From assembly GCA_964016885.1 (NCBI GenBank), contig OZ024761.1, positions 16,306,001 through 16,370,000 on the forward strand: 64,000 nt of DNA, in the 5' to 3' direction. The DNA is from Eledone cirrhosa (Eukaryota). The translations under genes and the position numbers were made by a program. Positions 41,120 through 55,023 of the stretch are shown here, in pieces; within the stretch, counting starts at the first letter, position 1, and every line of letters begins with the position of its first letter. The notes under the pieces were generated by a model. It saw only the letters and a list, made by a program, of their open reading frames with translations. It did not search any database and had not been told where the DNA came from.

Positions 41120-42330
41120 TGGTGAGGATGATGATGATAATGGTGATTGATAATGGTGATGATAGTGATGATGGTGGTGGCGGTGATGGTGGTGATGATG
41201 ATGGTGGTGGTGGTGGTGATAATGGTGATTAATAATGATGATGGTGGTGGTGATGTTGATGGTGGTGGTGGTGGTGGTGGTGGTGGTGGTGGTGGTGGTG
41301 ATGTTGATGATGGTGGTGATGATGGTGGTGGCGATGGTGGTGATAGTGGTGATTAATAATGATGATGATTGTAATGATAATGGTGATGATGATGACAGAA
41401 ATGATGATGATGATTGGGTATATCGTATGACAGTGGAAATTGTCCATTGATATTTACACCAGAGAAAATCTACTCTCATTATGCGATGATGTGACATTAG
41501 GGAAGACATTTTAATATAAAAAAAAACTAACAAAAACAAAACGAAAAACAACAACAACAACAACAACACACACAGCCATACTTTGGAAACTATGCCACAG
41601 GGTCAAATTACTACGTTTAGGAGGGGGGGGGGGCGGTGGGGGGGGGGGGGGATAATGGTGGTCGATGGAGGAGAGGGGGGGGTTATAATGGTGGTGGTGG
41701 TGGTGGTGTTGTGATGATGATGATGGCATGTAGTGGTGGTGGTGGTGATGATGTGCTAATGGCGTGTAGTGGTGGTTGTGGGTGGTGGTGTTGTCATGAT
41801 GAAGATGGTGGTGGTGGTGGTAGCGGTGGGAGGGGGAGGATAATGGTGGTCGATGGAGGGGTGGGGTGGGGGGATTATAATGGTGGTGGTGGTGGTGTTG
41901 TGATGATGATGGCATGTGGTGGTGGTGGTGGTGGTGATGTGCTGATGGCGTGTAGTGGTGGTTATGGGTGGTGGTAGTGGTGGTGGTGTTGTCATGATGA
42001 AGGTGGTGGTGGTAGCTGTGATAGGATGTGATGGTGGTGATGGTGGTGGTGTTTTTATGATGAAGATGGTGGTGGTGGTGGTGGTGGTGGTAGCTGTGAT
42101 AGGAGGATGATGGTGGTGGTGGTGGTGTTGGTGTTGATGTGATGGTAGTGGTGTAGTCATGAAGGTGGTGGTGGTGGTGGTGTTGATGTGGTGGTAGTGG
42201 TGGTGTTGATGTGATGGTAGTGGTGTAGTCATGATGGTGGTGGTGGTGGTGTTGATGTGATGCTGATGGCATGTAGTGGTGGTGTTGGTGGTGTCATCAT
42301 GAAGATGATGGTAATGTCGTGGGGATAATG
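41120..42330. repeat. (GGT/GAT)n low-complexity region
   Basis: Direct reading. Confidence 0.9.
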
Positions 42331-42632
42331 ATGTCATAGTAGTGGCTCTCTTTTATTATATTTATATACACATACGCATGTATTTGTATATATTTATGTA
42401 TAATGTTTGTGACACGATAGACATACACCCAGTACACTCTGTAAAAGTAGTTGGTGGTAGGAAGAGCATCCTGCAATAGAAACCCTGCCAAACAATTTTT
42501 AATAATTGTTAAAACCAACCTCTGCTCACTGTAAATACTTCTAAAGACATATTTGTGTGTAGGTTATGCATTGGTTTGAATCTTTAAAACTGGCTTCTGT
42601 TAATACTTCTTTAGACATGGTGTTCTGTAGGT

Positions 42633-43194
42633 TAGCAGTCGCCAATCGGTGGTCTGCAGAAAATTTAGGACATTCTTTACAATTTTTATGTTTTATTAGT
42701 AATAAAACAAAAATAATATTCGGTTAAAATATATTTTATAATCCCCTAAAAGATGTTTTTCCTCGGTAAAGAACTAACATCCATGAAAGTATCTTACTTA
42801 TATGTATCATCTATAAAGAATATGAGACATATACGCTTCAGTATTGTTTAACCCTTTAGCATTTAAACCAGCCATATCTGGCGAGAATTCTCTCACATCT
42901 TTCTGTTCAAACTGGTCGTAACCGGCCACTCATACTGATATTAAGGTATTGTTCTCAACATAAATGATATCGAAATGTCATAGATTCAATATTATGTGAG
43001 GTAAAGCCTTTACCATGAAACTACAATAGTATATATAGAGTAATGTAAATGTTAAAGGGTTAATAAAATGGAAGTTCTGTGATCATTATTTTACAAATAT
43101 ATTTTTCTTTTTAAAAAAATTCATATTAGTGGTCTGTAGGATTTAAAATTATGGGTTTAGTGGTCCATGAGGTCCAAGAGGTTGGTGATTGCTG
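42633..43194. mobile_element. hAT-type MITE with nested piggyBac-like MITE
   Basis: TAGCAGTCGCCAAT / GTTGGTGATTGCTG termini; 8-bp TSD CTGTAGGT. Confidence 0.8.
42848..43063. mobile_element. piggyBac-like MITE
   Basis: TTAA|CCCTTTAGCATTT...AAATGTTAAAGGG|TTAA. Confidence 0.88.
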
Positions 43195-43269
43195 CTGTAG
43201 GTTGGTGGTTTAAACTCTAAAAATCAACCTCTTCTCACTGTAAATGCTTCTTCTTCTTTGTCCACATAT

Positions 43270-43720
43270 TCCTGAGAGGGTCGTGGGGGCAGAGTCCTCA
43301 AACACTCCCTCTAGCAGGTCCTGTCAGAACAGAAGCAACCGTCTCCAACTGATTCAGCTGGATCCCCAAATGTGACCAGCCAAGCTCATGGATGTTATCC
43401 AATCATCTTGCTTGGGGTCTACCCCTGGGTCTCTTGCCGGTTGGTTTTACCCATAAAATCTGTCCAGCAATCCTTTTCTGAGACATTTAAACCACATGCC
43501 CCGAGTATCGGAGCTGTGATCTCTCAATTCGGAGAAGGAGTGACTCTGTGATCTCTGAGTCATGCACTTTATCGGGTAATGTTACTCCAAAGACCAGTTC
43601 GGAGGAATCCCATTTCAGTCGCTTGTATTCGCAATCATATTCTTTTGTTCTTTACCCAAGATTCATGACCATAGGTAAAGGTTGGCATGAAAACTGAATT
43701 GAAGATAGCAAAGATGGTCT
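43270..43720 (-). mobile_element. RTE-like LINE 3' fragment
   Basis: Homologous to 5985-6200 and 61715-61940; RPRGRP-type motif. Confidence 0.65.
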
Positions 43721-43874
43721 TCAGTTCTTCCCAGTGAGTTTGTTTAGTCACATGCTACATTCTGTTTCATCGTCCTCACATGCCTTGCCGACGCTCCCAC
43801 ACCTTAGCTTTATTACCTCACCTACCTGGATGTTGCCCGCTGCCAAGCCGTCTTTATTTAGCTCGAAATTTGTG

Positions 43875-44210
43875 GCATAGAGTTACGGCTCTTTGCATTC
43901 TGAGTTAACTTTGCCTTTTCATCGTTACAGGGTCAATAAAGTAAATCACCAGTAATGCACTGGGGTTGATTTAATTGGCCTTGTGCCAAAAGTATAAACA
44001 ATTATTATTATCATGTAGTGAGCTAGGGCGGTGAATTGGCAGTATCGGTAGAGGGTTGGACGCCATGCTTTCTAGCATAGAGTTACTGCCCTTTCCAATC
44101 TGAGTTCAAATCCCGCCGAGGTTAATTTTGCCTTTCATCCTTACGGGGTCGATAAAATAAAGTACCAGTAATGCACTAGGTAATTGCTGGCCAAAGTAAA
44201 AACAATTATT
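43875..44210 (+). mobile_element. Two SINE-A copies
   Basis: SINE-A motifs. Confidence 0.85.
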
Positions 44211-44374
44211 ATATAGTGAGGTGTCACTTATAATATTATAACCAAGAAAAAAAAGTGCTAAAGATCTGCGTTAAACAAGATAACCTAAAGCAGAGTATTG
44301 CTCTGTGTGGGTGTGTGGGTGTGTATATACACACACACATGATAGTAATGGTGAATGTATATATGTGTATGTAT

Positions 44375-44718
44375 CATCATCATCATCATCATCATTTAAC
44401 GTCCGCTTTTCCCTGCTTGCAAGGGTGGGACGGGAACTGATTTCTGGCTTTATTTCTACAGCTGGATGCCCTTCCTAACACCAACCTCATTTACAGTGAG
44501 TGCTGGGTGCTTTTTTTCTGTGGCGCCTTCATGACCACTTTGTAGTGGAATGATAGTGACCCCTGTCCCTATCATCTCATTTCTACAGCTGAGTAACCTG
44601 GAGCAATGTGAAATAAAGTGTCTTGCTCAAGGAAACCACACATCACCCGGTCTGAGAATTGAACTCACAACCTTTCGATTGCAAGGCCAATGCTCTAACC
44701 CATAAGCCATGTGCCTCC
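44375..44718 (-). mobile_element. SINE-B, full length
   Basis: Homologous to 17705-18030. Confidence 0.9.
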
Positions 44719-46930
44719 ATGTATATCGATCTCTATATATATATGTGTGTGTCTGTGTATATATATATAATGGTGGTGAATGTATGTATATCTATCTCTA
44801 TATATATATATGTGTGTGTGTGTGTATATAATGATGGTGGTGAATGTATGTGTATATATCTATCTAGGGCGGGTAAAATTGCCGAGAACCATGGACGGGT
44901 TCTCTCCAGCGGTCTCTGTCCCTCATCATTGCTGCCATGTCCTGCGTCTCCAACAGACCAGGGTCTGTCCCCTTAGGGCATCAACATATGTCAACCTCGG
45001 TCTTCCTCTTCCAGCATATGTTATATGTCTGTATGTGTACATATATGCACTGCATGTACACACACACACACACACATACACACATGCACACAAACGCACA
45101 CATATATACACACATGCACATAAACGCACATATACCCATATGAATTCACAAGCATTTGAATGTACACACAAATCTACACACCCACACATGCATACACACA
45201 TATTTACATACATATATACATACACACACATACACACACATATACACACCTATACACACACATACACACAGACACAATTCTTGAGGAATTTGGCTTTGAT
45301 TACCCTACCAAATCTTGAAACCCTAACCCACCCTAACCTCCTTTACTCCTCACCACCACCCACTGGCTTTCTGGGGCTCTTGCTTGCCCCCACATAGTTT
45401 GCTCTACTATGGGCCCCTGTGACACACTTTTATTCATCACTCTCTCTCTCTCACTCTCTCTCTCTCTCTCTCTTTCATTCTCTCTTTCTCACTCATTGTC
45501 TCTCTCTTTCTCACTCATTCTCTTTCTCTCTTTCTCACTCTCTTTCTCTTCTCTTTCTCCTCTCTCTCTTTCCCTATCTCTCTCATTCATTCATTCTCTC
45601 TTTCTTTCTCACCCATTCTCCCCCCCCTCTCTTTTCTCTCTTACTCTTTCACTTCTCTTTTTCACTCTCCTTCTGTCTCTCTCTCTCTCTCCCCTGTCTC
45701 TCTCTCTCTCTCTTTCCCTCTCTCTCTTCCCCTCCCTCTCTCCCCCACTTTCTCAGAACCCCCACCTCCGACCCCCTGTGTTATTCTATAACCCAAGGAA
45801 TTTGTGTCAGGGATCCACCCACTTGCTGATTACTTACTCTATGTAACTGGCCCTTTTATTTTATTTATTTATTTGCCTGCTTGTTTGTTTACAACCAACC
45901 ACCCCTCTTTAAACTTGCCCCTACCAAGCAGCTGGGCTATATACAGCAATCCCCTACCCCCACCCTAACTGCTAACAGCAGAGGGGGAGGGAGGGAGGGG
46001 TCATAGCCCCTCCCTTCTTTCTTTCCAATGTTTTCTTAGTTTGAGTGTGATGGATAGGGGTGGGTCTGGACTACAGACCCACCCACATAAGGTCATGTCC
46101 TTGTTTGTGCCACTATGCCCCCTTCCTCCTTCTCTCTGCCGCCCCCTATTTCTATCCTACAAAATTATTTGTTTTGTCATCAGCATCATCATCACCACCA
46201 CCACTACCACCACCATTGTCATCACCATCACCGTCAGCATCAACAACATGATAGGACTGTGGCTCCTAACATTAAAACACATAAGAAACCTCTTATGAGA
46301 TTCAACCTTGAAGATGGCCAGCTAAACCTACATAGGTGTGAGCTGTAACAATGATAGAACTGGCGTTTCTATTATTAAAACACCTGAGATGGCCAGTTAA
46401 ATCTACATTGGTGGTGAGGTATAACAACAACATGATAGGACTGGGGTATCTATTATTAAAACACCTGAAAAACCTCCTATGAGATACAACCTTGTAGAAG
46501 GCCAGCTATGGTTACAAAGGTGTGAACTGTAACAACAACAATATAATAGGACTGGGGCAGCCTTGTAAAAAGCCAGCTAAGCTTATGTGGGTGTGAGCTG
46601 TGACAACAATAACAACTGCACTATGCTGCCTTATGTGGGTCATATTCTTTTTAAAACAGTAGGGTGTATGGCATAGGGGAGGCTTGGTTGTTATTTATAG
46701 CAGGTCAAGTAACAAACACAGATCCAACCACACCTGGTCTTGTTCTGTGTGTATGGTGTGATCTAGATTCTGACCCCACCCTACCCCTCTTCTCATCCCC
46801 TCTCGCTCTATTCTCCTCTCTCTATTCCCCTCTCTTGCAACACAGGATGTTGGTCATGTATAGGTCTGGGTTTATATGCTACCAAAAGAATGACCCAGAT
46901 TTTGACCATGTTGTACACACACACACACAT

Positions 46931-46971
<41 letters not shown>

Positions 46972-47629
46972 CATACGCACACACACATACACCCAAGCAC
47001 ACTCATATGCACATTAAAGAAAAAAAACCAGGCTTTTATATTTTTTATGACTTTTACACACACACACACACACACTTGTGCAAATATACACACACACAAT
47101 CTCACCCACATTCTTGTACAAATGCACTATCACACAAACGCACTCACACGCTTGTGCATGTCACCCCTCCCTTACACACAGTCTTACACTAATTCTGACT
47201 GACACGCACATACACACACACACATATATATATATGTACGCACACACGTATATATACACACATACACATGCATACACATATATATATATATATACGCACA
47301 CGTATATACACACATACACATACACACATATATATATATATATACGCACACACGTACATACACACATACACATACATATATACACATACTCACACACACA
47401 CATATATATATATGCACACACGTATATACACATACACACATATACACATACACACACATATACACATACTCTTTTCACCCCACCCCCTTCCTTTACATCT
47501 GTAAAACCTCCACCACTTCACCATTCCACCACAAACACTTTCAAGTATGTTAAGCTCAATTACAAAGAATTATATATTCTCTTAAAGTTCAGCATAGTTT
47601 AAATAATAATTATTTTATTATTGTTATTC

Positions 47630-47967
47630 ATCATCATCATCATCATCATCACCGTTTTACGTCCGTTCTTCCATGCTAGCATGGGTTAGACGGGTTGTCC
47701 TGTTGTGGGCAGTGTCTGGTCGGCTGACCTTGTCTTGCTCATACAGGAACTGATTTGGCTTGATTTCTACAGCTGGATGCCCTTCCTAACACCAACCTCA
47801 TTTACAGTGAGTGCTGGGTGCTTTTTTTCCGTGGCGCCTACACGTCCACTTTACAGTGGGAGGGTGTGGGGGCATATTGCCTATATGCTTCAGCTTGTAC
47901 CCATGGGAGGTCGGGTACTCTGTATTACTGCGTGACGCCAGAGGTCACGGTTGTGTGTCATCGCCTT
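47630..47967 (-). mobile_element. SINE-C (SINE-B-related middle, different 5' part)
   Basis: Homologous to 57760-58140 (+) and 11790-11960. Confidence 0.8.
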
Positions 47968-47986
47968 TGTTATTATTATCATTAAT

Positions 47987-48562
47987 AGGGCGGTGGATTG
48001 GCAGAATCAGTAGAGTGTCGGACGCCATGCTTTGTAGCATAGAGTTATGGCCCTTTATGATCTGGGTTCAAATCCCGCCGAAGTTAACTTTGCCTTTCAT
48101 CCTTACGGGGTCGATAAAATGAAGTACCAGTAATGCACTGGGTAATTGCTGGCCAATTATTATTATTATTATTATTAATAGGGTGGTGGATTGGCAGATT
48201 GGTAGAGTGTCAGACACCATGTTTTGCATAGAGTTACGGCCTTTTACGTTCATCGTTAGCTTTTCCTCTCATCCTTTACAGGGTTGTTAAAATAAAGCAT
48301 CAATAACGTACTGGGTCGATTTAATTGACTTCTCCTCCTTCTGAAAATTGTTGGCCTTGTGCCTAAATGGCGGTGGATTGGCAGTATCGGTAGAGGGTCG
48401 GACGCCATGCTTTCCAGCACAGTTACGTCCCTTTACGATCTGAGTTCAAATCCCGCCGAGGTTGACTTTGCCTTTCATCCTTACGGGGTCGATAAAATAA
48501 AGTACCAGTAATGAACTGGGTAATTGCTGGCCTTGTGCCTAAAAGTAGAAACAATTATTATT
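47987..48562 (+). mobile_element. Three head-to-tail SINE-A copies
   Basis: SINE-A motifs. Confidence 0.88.
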
Positions 48563-48579
48563 ATGTGTATATATAATAC

Positions 48580-49275
48580 ATCATCATCATCATCATTTTT
48601 ATGTCCGCTTCTCCCTGCTTGCATGGGTTAGATGGGTACTTCTCAGCACAGCATCTCTCCACATGTCACAATCCTTTGTCATCTCCTCTGTGAGTTTCAG
48701 TAATTTGAGGTCAGCTCTCACAACCTTTGCCCAGGTCTTTCTTGGTCTACCTGTAATGCGACTTCTTTCCACCGGGATTTCCTGGCACTTCTTCACCCAA
48801 CGATCATTGTCCATGTGCATCACATGTCCAAACCAACACAGTCTTCTCTCCTGCACCTCACCATGGATTCCTTCTACTGGCATATCCTGGCACTTCTTCA
48901 CCCAACGATCATTGTCCATACATATCACATGTCCAACACAGTCTTCTCTCCTGCACCTCACCATGGATTCCTTCTACTGGCATTTCCTGGCATTTCTTCA
49001 CCCAACGATCATTGTCCATACATATCACATGTCCAACACAGTCTTCTCTCCTGCACCTCACCATGGATTCCTCTTAAACCCAGCTTCTCCTTCAACTCAT
49101 CCAAGCTCTGCCTTTCTCTCACATTTACATTGCACATTCAACAGAGCATGGTTGCTTCATTTCTCTCCAGTCTACGCATGTCCTCTGCTGTCACAGCCCA
49201 TGTTTCACTACCATGCAGCATTGCATTTCGCACACTGGCGTCATACAGTGGTCCTTTTGTATGTAGGGAGAAACC
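48580..49275 (-). mobile_element. RTE LINE 3' end with ~94-bp internal triplication
   Basis: ERRLCWFGHVMHMDNDRWVKKC...GRPRKTWAKVV...WRDAV; ends GCAAGCAGGGAGAAGCGGACATAAAAATGATGATG. Confidence 0.9.
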
Positions 49276-49309
49276 TTGCACACACACACACACACATACA
49301 CACACATCA

Positions 49310-49698
49310 TCATCATCATCGTCATCATCATTTTACGTCCGCTTTTCCCTGCTTGTAAAGGTGGGACGGGAACTGATTCTGGCTTGATTTGGATGCCCTT
49401 CCTAACAGCAACCTCATTTACAGTGAGTGCTGGGTGCTTTTTATTTTTCCGTGGCGCCTACACGTCCACTTTACAGTGTGGGCTGGGTGCTTTTTTGCCG
49501 TGGCACCTCCACGACCACTTTGCAGTGGAATGATAGGGACGCCAGTCCCTATCATCTCATTTCTACAGCTGAGTAAACTTGAGCAATGTGAAATAAAGTG
49601 TCTTGCTCAAGGAAACAACACATCACCCGGTCTGAGAATTGAACTCACAACCTTTCGATTGCAAGGACAATGCTCTAACCACTAAGCCATGTGCCTCC
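49310..49698 (-). mobile_element. SINE-B, full length
   Basis: Homologous to 17705-18030. Confidence 0.9.
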
Positions 49699-49745
49699 AT
49701 ATATATATATATATATGCAGTAAGTAAATGGAAACAACAATGCAG

Positions 49746-49947
49746 TATGAGGATTGGCTGAAAAGTACATAGGCTGACTAAGATACTCTCATGGAATGAC
49801 CAAATGAGGTTTATTTATCAACATAGTCCCTGGAAAGAAACAATGCAGTTATTAAGAACATTTGAAATTAATGCATGCAAGATTTCACAGTTCTAGCATC
49901 ACTCCTTCATAGTAGTCAGCCTATGAACTTTTCAGCCCACTCTTGTA
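49746..49947. mobile_element. mariner-derived MITE
   Basis: TIRs TATGAGGATTGGCTGAAAAGTACATAGGCTGACTA / TAGTCAGCCTATGAACTTTTCAGCCCACTCTTGTA; end shared with the 55024 element. Confidence 0.82.
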
Positions 49948-50177
49948 ACTGGAGCTTCATTTTATCGACCCTGTAAGGGAAGAAAGACAGAGTGGACCTC
50001 TAGGGATTTGAACTCAGAATGTGGAAAGTTTTAACTAAGGACTGCAAAGTATTTTGTTCACCACTGATACTGGCAATACACTGCCCTAAAAGACACATGC
50101 AGACACACACTCATACATACACATTCACACACAAGCACACACCCATAGGAATATACACACGTGCACATACATACACA

Positions 50178-50224
<47 letters not shown>

Positions 50225-50227
<3 letters not shown>

Positions 50228-50650
50228 ATAATAATGAAATTATTGTGTAAAGCGCCCAGGTGCACTACAACTCGTCAAAGGTGCATGTATAGTACATAGA
50301 ATAATATACAAATGTCAGGGAAGTGAATAGTGTATGAGTCATGATACACATGTGTGTATGTGTATGGAGGGGGAACATTAGGTGTAGTGTTGGCGAATCT
50401 CGGGAAGCATGGAGGTTTTATAGGATGCAGTGTCTCGACAGCTAACAACTGATGCAGGTAGTTTGTTCCATGCTTCAGCAACTCTGAGCGTGAAAAAATG
50501 TTTCCGAAAGTCATGGGAACTGTGCTGTTTTCTGACTTTGTGGGCACATGGAAATCAAAAAGGTACTCAGGGTTGTTGTTGGCAAGATGGTTAACAATTT
50601 TGTGGGTGTTTACCAAGTTAGTTGCCAGGCGTCAGAGCTTCAATGTATCC
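50225..50650 (-). mobile_element. CR1-like LINE 3' end
   Basis: RKHFFTLRVAEAWNKLPASVVSCRDTASYK; (ATT)n tail. Confidence 0.75.
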
Positions 50651-50669
50651 ATGCCCAGGGAAGCAAGGC

Positions 50670-50703
<34 letters not shown>

Positions 50704-51007
50704 GTTTAACGTCCATATTCCACGCTTGCATGGGTTTGGACAGGAGTTTTCCCACTTGAGGCAAGAGTGGTTGTCTTGCTCGCATAGGACTGTCTGGCGG
50801 GTTTTCTACGGCTGGATGCCCTTCCTAACACCAACCACATTTACAGTGTGGAACTGGGAGGTTTTTACCGTGTTACCTACAGCGTGGACTGTGTGTTTTT
50901 TTGTCGTGACACCTACGCGTTCAGAGTATATATATATATGTATATCAGGAGTATATATATATATATATATATATATATCAGGAAAGCCCATATATATATA
51001 TATATAT

Positions 51008-51049
51008 GGACTTTCCTGATGATTTCTTTTGAATGAAAAGTTCTAGTCC
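51008..51049 (+). ncRNA. Candidate minimal hammerhead ribozyme
   Basis: GGACTTTC-CTGATGA-TTTC(TTTT)GAAT-GAAA-AGT-TC-TAGTCC; related core-less copy on - strand at ~32740-32800. Confidence 0.45.
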
Positions 51050-51619
51050 TGTAGAAGCCATTTCTATATTAAACATGTTTACACTCTACTAATGTATTGA
51101 GTACCTTACTGTGGTTACCCCCAATTGAACCTGACACACACACACACACACACACACAATTCATATATATTTAAAAAAAAAAAATACTCTCTATTTACAG
51201 CAGAACACCATTATAGTTTTAGCAGGCCCTGTATGAGGTTACATCTCTCAAGAAGTTTCTCAGGTGTGTTAATGGTAAGGGGCCCCAGGCTTATAACATA
51301 CCTGAACTTTTGTGCAGGGAAGCATAGGACCATGTTGTTCAGTGTGTCCTTTTTAAAGGCTATGATTGTGGTGATGATAGTGGTTTTTGTTGTGGTGGTG
51401 GTGGTGGTGTAGTGTTGGTCTATGTAGGTATAATGATAGTGATATGGTGGTGGCTATAGTAGTTGTGGTGGCAGTGTAATAAGGTGGTGGCAGCAGTGTA
51501 AAGTATGGTGGAGTGGGGGTGTAGTGGTGGTGGTGGTGGTAGGTGGAGTTATAGTAGTTGTGTAATGGTTGTAGGAGCTATAATGATATAATGGCAGGTG
51601 CTATAGTTGTGGTGGTGGT

Positions 51620-52120
51620 GGTGTGTATTTATAGTGGTGGTGGTGTGTGTAGTTATAGTGGTGGTGGTGGTGGTGTGTGTAGTTATAGTGGTGGTGGTGG
51701 TGGTGGTGTGTGTAGTTATAGTGGTGGTGGTGGTGTGTGTAGTTATAGTGGTGGTGGTGGTGTGTGTAGTTATAGTGGTGGTGGTGGTGTGTAGTTATAG
51801 TGGTGGTGGTGGTGTGTGTAGTTATAGTGGTGGTGGTGGTGTGTGTAGTTATAGTGGTGGTGGTGTGTGTAGTTATAGTGGTGGTGGTGTGTGTAGTTAT
51901 AGTGGTGGCGGTGGTGTGTGTAGTTATAGTGGTGGTGGTGTGTGTAGTTATAGTGGTGGCGGTGGTGTGTGTAGTTATAGTGGTGGTGGTGTGTGTAGTT
52001 ATAGTGGTGGCGGTGGTGTGTGTAGTTATAGTGGTGGTGGTGTGTGTAGTTATAGTCGTGGTGGTGGTGTGTGTAGTTATAGTGGTGGTGGTGGTGTGTA
52101 GTTATAGTGGTGGTGGTGGT
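51620..52120. repeat. ~24-27 bp minisatellite GTGTGTAGTTATA(GTG)n
   Basis: Direct reading. Confidence 0.93.
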
Positions 52121-52264
52121 GACTAAATTGCCACTGCAGGCCTTGTGTATTTAGTTAAATGTCCGCCCCTCCTTCCCCCTCTATTTTCTGCCTAAAGTTC
52201 AACACAATCTAAATTTGTCTAACATTTAACATGACACCAATTAAGAGGAGGAGGACTTGTGGCT

Positions 52265-53295
52265 ATTGTTGTTGTTGTTGGAGGTAGACTTCTGTCTGTT
52301 GTTGTTGGAGGACTTGTGTCTGTTGTTGGAGGTAAATTTGTGTCTGTTGTTGGAGGTAGACTTCTGTCTGTTGTTGTTGGAGGACTTATATCTGTTGTTG
52401 GAGGTAAACTTGTGTCTATTGTTGGAGGTAGACTTGTGTCTTGTTGAAGTTGTTGGAGGTAGACTTGTGTGTGTTGTTGATGTTGTTGGAGGTGGACTTG
52501 TGTCTGTTGTTGGAGGTAACTTGTCTGTTGTTGATGTTGTTAGAGGTAGACTTGTGTGTGTTGTTGGAGGTAAACTTGTGTCTGTTGTTGATGTTGTTGG
52601 AGGTAAACTTGTCTGTTGTTGATGTTGTTGGAGGTAGACTTGTGTCTGTTGTTGGAGGTAACTTGTCTGTTGTTGATGTTGTTGGAGGTAGACTTGTGTG
52701 TGTTGTTGGAGGTAAACTTGTGTCTGTTGTTGATGTTGGAGGTAGACTTGTGTGTGTTGTTGGAGCTAGACTTGTGTCTGTTGTTGGAGGTAACTTGTCT
52801 GTTGTTGATGTTGTTGGAGGTAGACTTGTGTGTGTTGTTGGAGGTAAACTTGTGTCTGTTGTTGATGTTGTTGGAGGTAGACTTGTGTCTGTTGTTGGAG
52901 GTAAACTTGTCTGTTGTTGATGTTGTTGGAGGTAGACTTGTGTGTGTTGTTGGAGGTAAACTTGTCTGTTGTTGTTGGAGCTAGACTTGTGTGTGTTGTT
53001 GGAGGTAAACTTGTGTCTTGTGTCTGTTGTTGGAGGTAAACTTGTGTCTGTTATTGTTCTTGTTGGAGGTAGATTTGTGTGTGTTGTTGGAAGTAGACTT
53101 GTGTCTGTTGTTGGAGGTAAACTTGTGTCTGTTGTTGATGTTGTTGGAGGACTTGTGTCTGTTGTTGGAGGTAAACTTGTCTGTTGTTGGAGGTAAACTT
53201 GTGTCTGTTGTTGGAGGTAAACTTGTGTCTGTTGTTGGAGGTAGACTTGAGTCTGTTGTTGGAGGTAGACTTGAGTCTGTTGTTGGACTTGTCTA
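52265..53295. repeat. ~24-33 bp minisatellite TGTTGTTGGAGGTARACTTGTGTC
   Basis: Direct reading. Confidence 0.93.
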
Positions 53296-55023
53296 TTATT
53301 GTTTGGTAGGTTTCTACAGCTGGGTGTCCTTCCTATCACCAACTACTTTACATACAGAGTGTACTGGGTGTGTTTATCATGTAGATTACCAACACTAGAG
53401 AGGCTGTCATGTCCTTGACATGACTGAAGTGTCCTCCTGACTCTTTGTCTGGTAAGTTTTCTACAGCAGCATGCCCTTTCTATCACCAACCACTTTACAG
53501 CATCAATAAGGATCAGAAAGCCTTCCAAATTTCCTCCATGCAGGTGCAAACATGGCTGTGTGATTAAGTTCAGATTGAGTCTGATTACATAACATCTTAG
53601 ACCAGTATCTTTTACTATAGCTGTTGTTGTTGCCTTTGTTGTTGTTGTAGCCTTTGTTGTTGTTGCACTCTGGGGAGGAATTTTAGCAGAATTAAGAAGG
53701 TTTGTCACTGATTATTTGAGTTAAATCAGATAATGGCGGTCATCACCACAACCACCGCCACCATCATCACCACTGCCACTATCACAACCATCACCATCAC
53801 TAGTGCTACCATCACAACCACCACCATCACTAGTGCTACCATCACCACCATCACTATCACCACCACTATCACTACCATCACCACCACTATCATTACCATC
53901 ACCACAACCATCATCTCTACCACCACCACTATCATTATCATCACCACTACCATTTCTACCACTATCACTACCACCGCCACCATCATCACTACCATCATTG
54001 CTACCATCACTATCACCATCATCATTGCCACTACCATCACCACCACCACCACTACCATCACCATCATTACCACCATTGCCACCATCATTACCACCACTAT
54101 CACCACCACCACCATCACCACCATCACCACCACCACCACCACCACCACCACCACTAACCCCATCCTCTGTCGTTGATATCCAACAGGGGGAATGTCATGG
54201 TTGTTTGTTCTTGAGGGAGAATTGCATGGTGTGTCCTCTCCCCTATCCCATTACCCCCCACCTCCTCCACTACCACAGCCTTGCCTCTCTGGGTCCCTTT
54301 AACTGCACTGCCTTTACACTCACCCTCACCTCCACACCAACCCCTGCTCCTTCACACACGCACTTGCACGTGTGAGGGACCCAGCTGATTTAATTAGTCA
54401 GCTACAATTCAATGTGAGTTACTAAGGGGTCGGTGGATGATTAGGGGATGTATACGGAGTTCAGTGTGTAGAGCCTGTTTATTTAAGTGTTGTGTGCTCA
54501 GTTATCCCAGCATGCCTCACACACATTCACTTATACAAACATATATATATATATGCACCTAGTACACTCTGTAAAATGGTTGGTGATAGGAAGGATATCC
54601 AGCTGTAGAAAACCTGCCAAAGACAGGGTCAAAAGGACTCTTCAGTTGTTTCAAAGACATGACGAGCTTCCTAGTGATGGTGATCTAAATAATAAACGAC
54701 CACCCAGTACACTCTGTAAAATGGTTGGTGATAGGAAGGGCTCTATAGCTGTCCACCTCCCTAGAGCTGGTACCATAAAATAAACTCGGTAAAGTGTGGG
54801 AACGTTTGTAAGCGATATGAATTGATCTGGTCTGCCTGATTGCTCAGTAGAGTGCAAGATTGTAAATAAGGGAACTGCAGGCCCTTGAACCATATGAGGG
54901 GTCACTAACTCTGAGTTCTGATTCAGTGAGTGAAGACTTGTCCAACCTTTAGTCAGCAGGAAAAATGGACGTTAAATGAAGATGGTAATATTTATTGGTT
55001 TTTTTTTTCATAATCTGGGTGAA

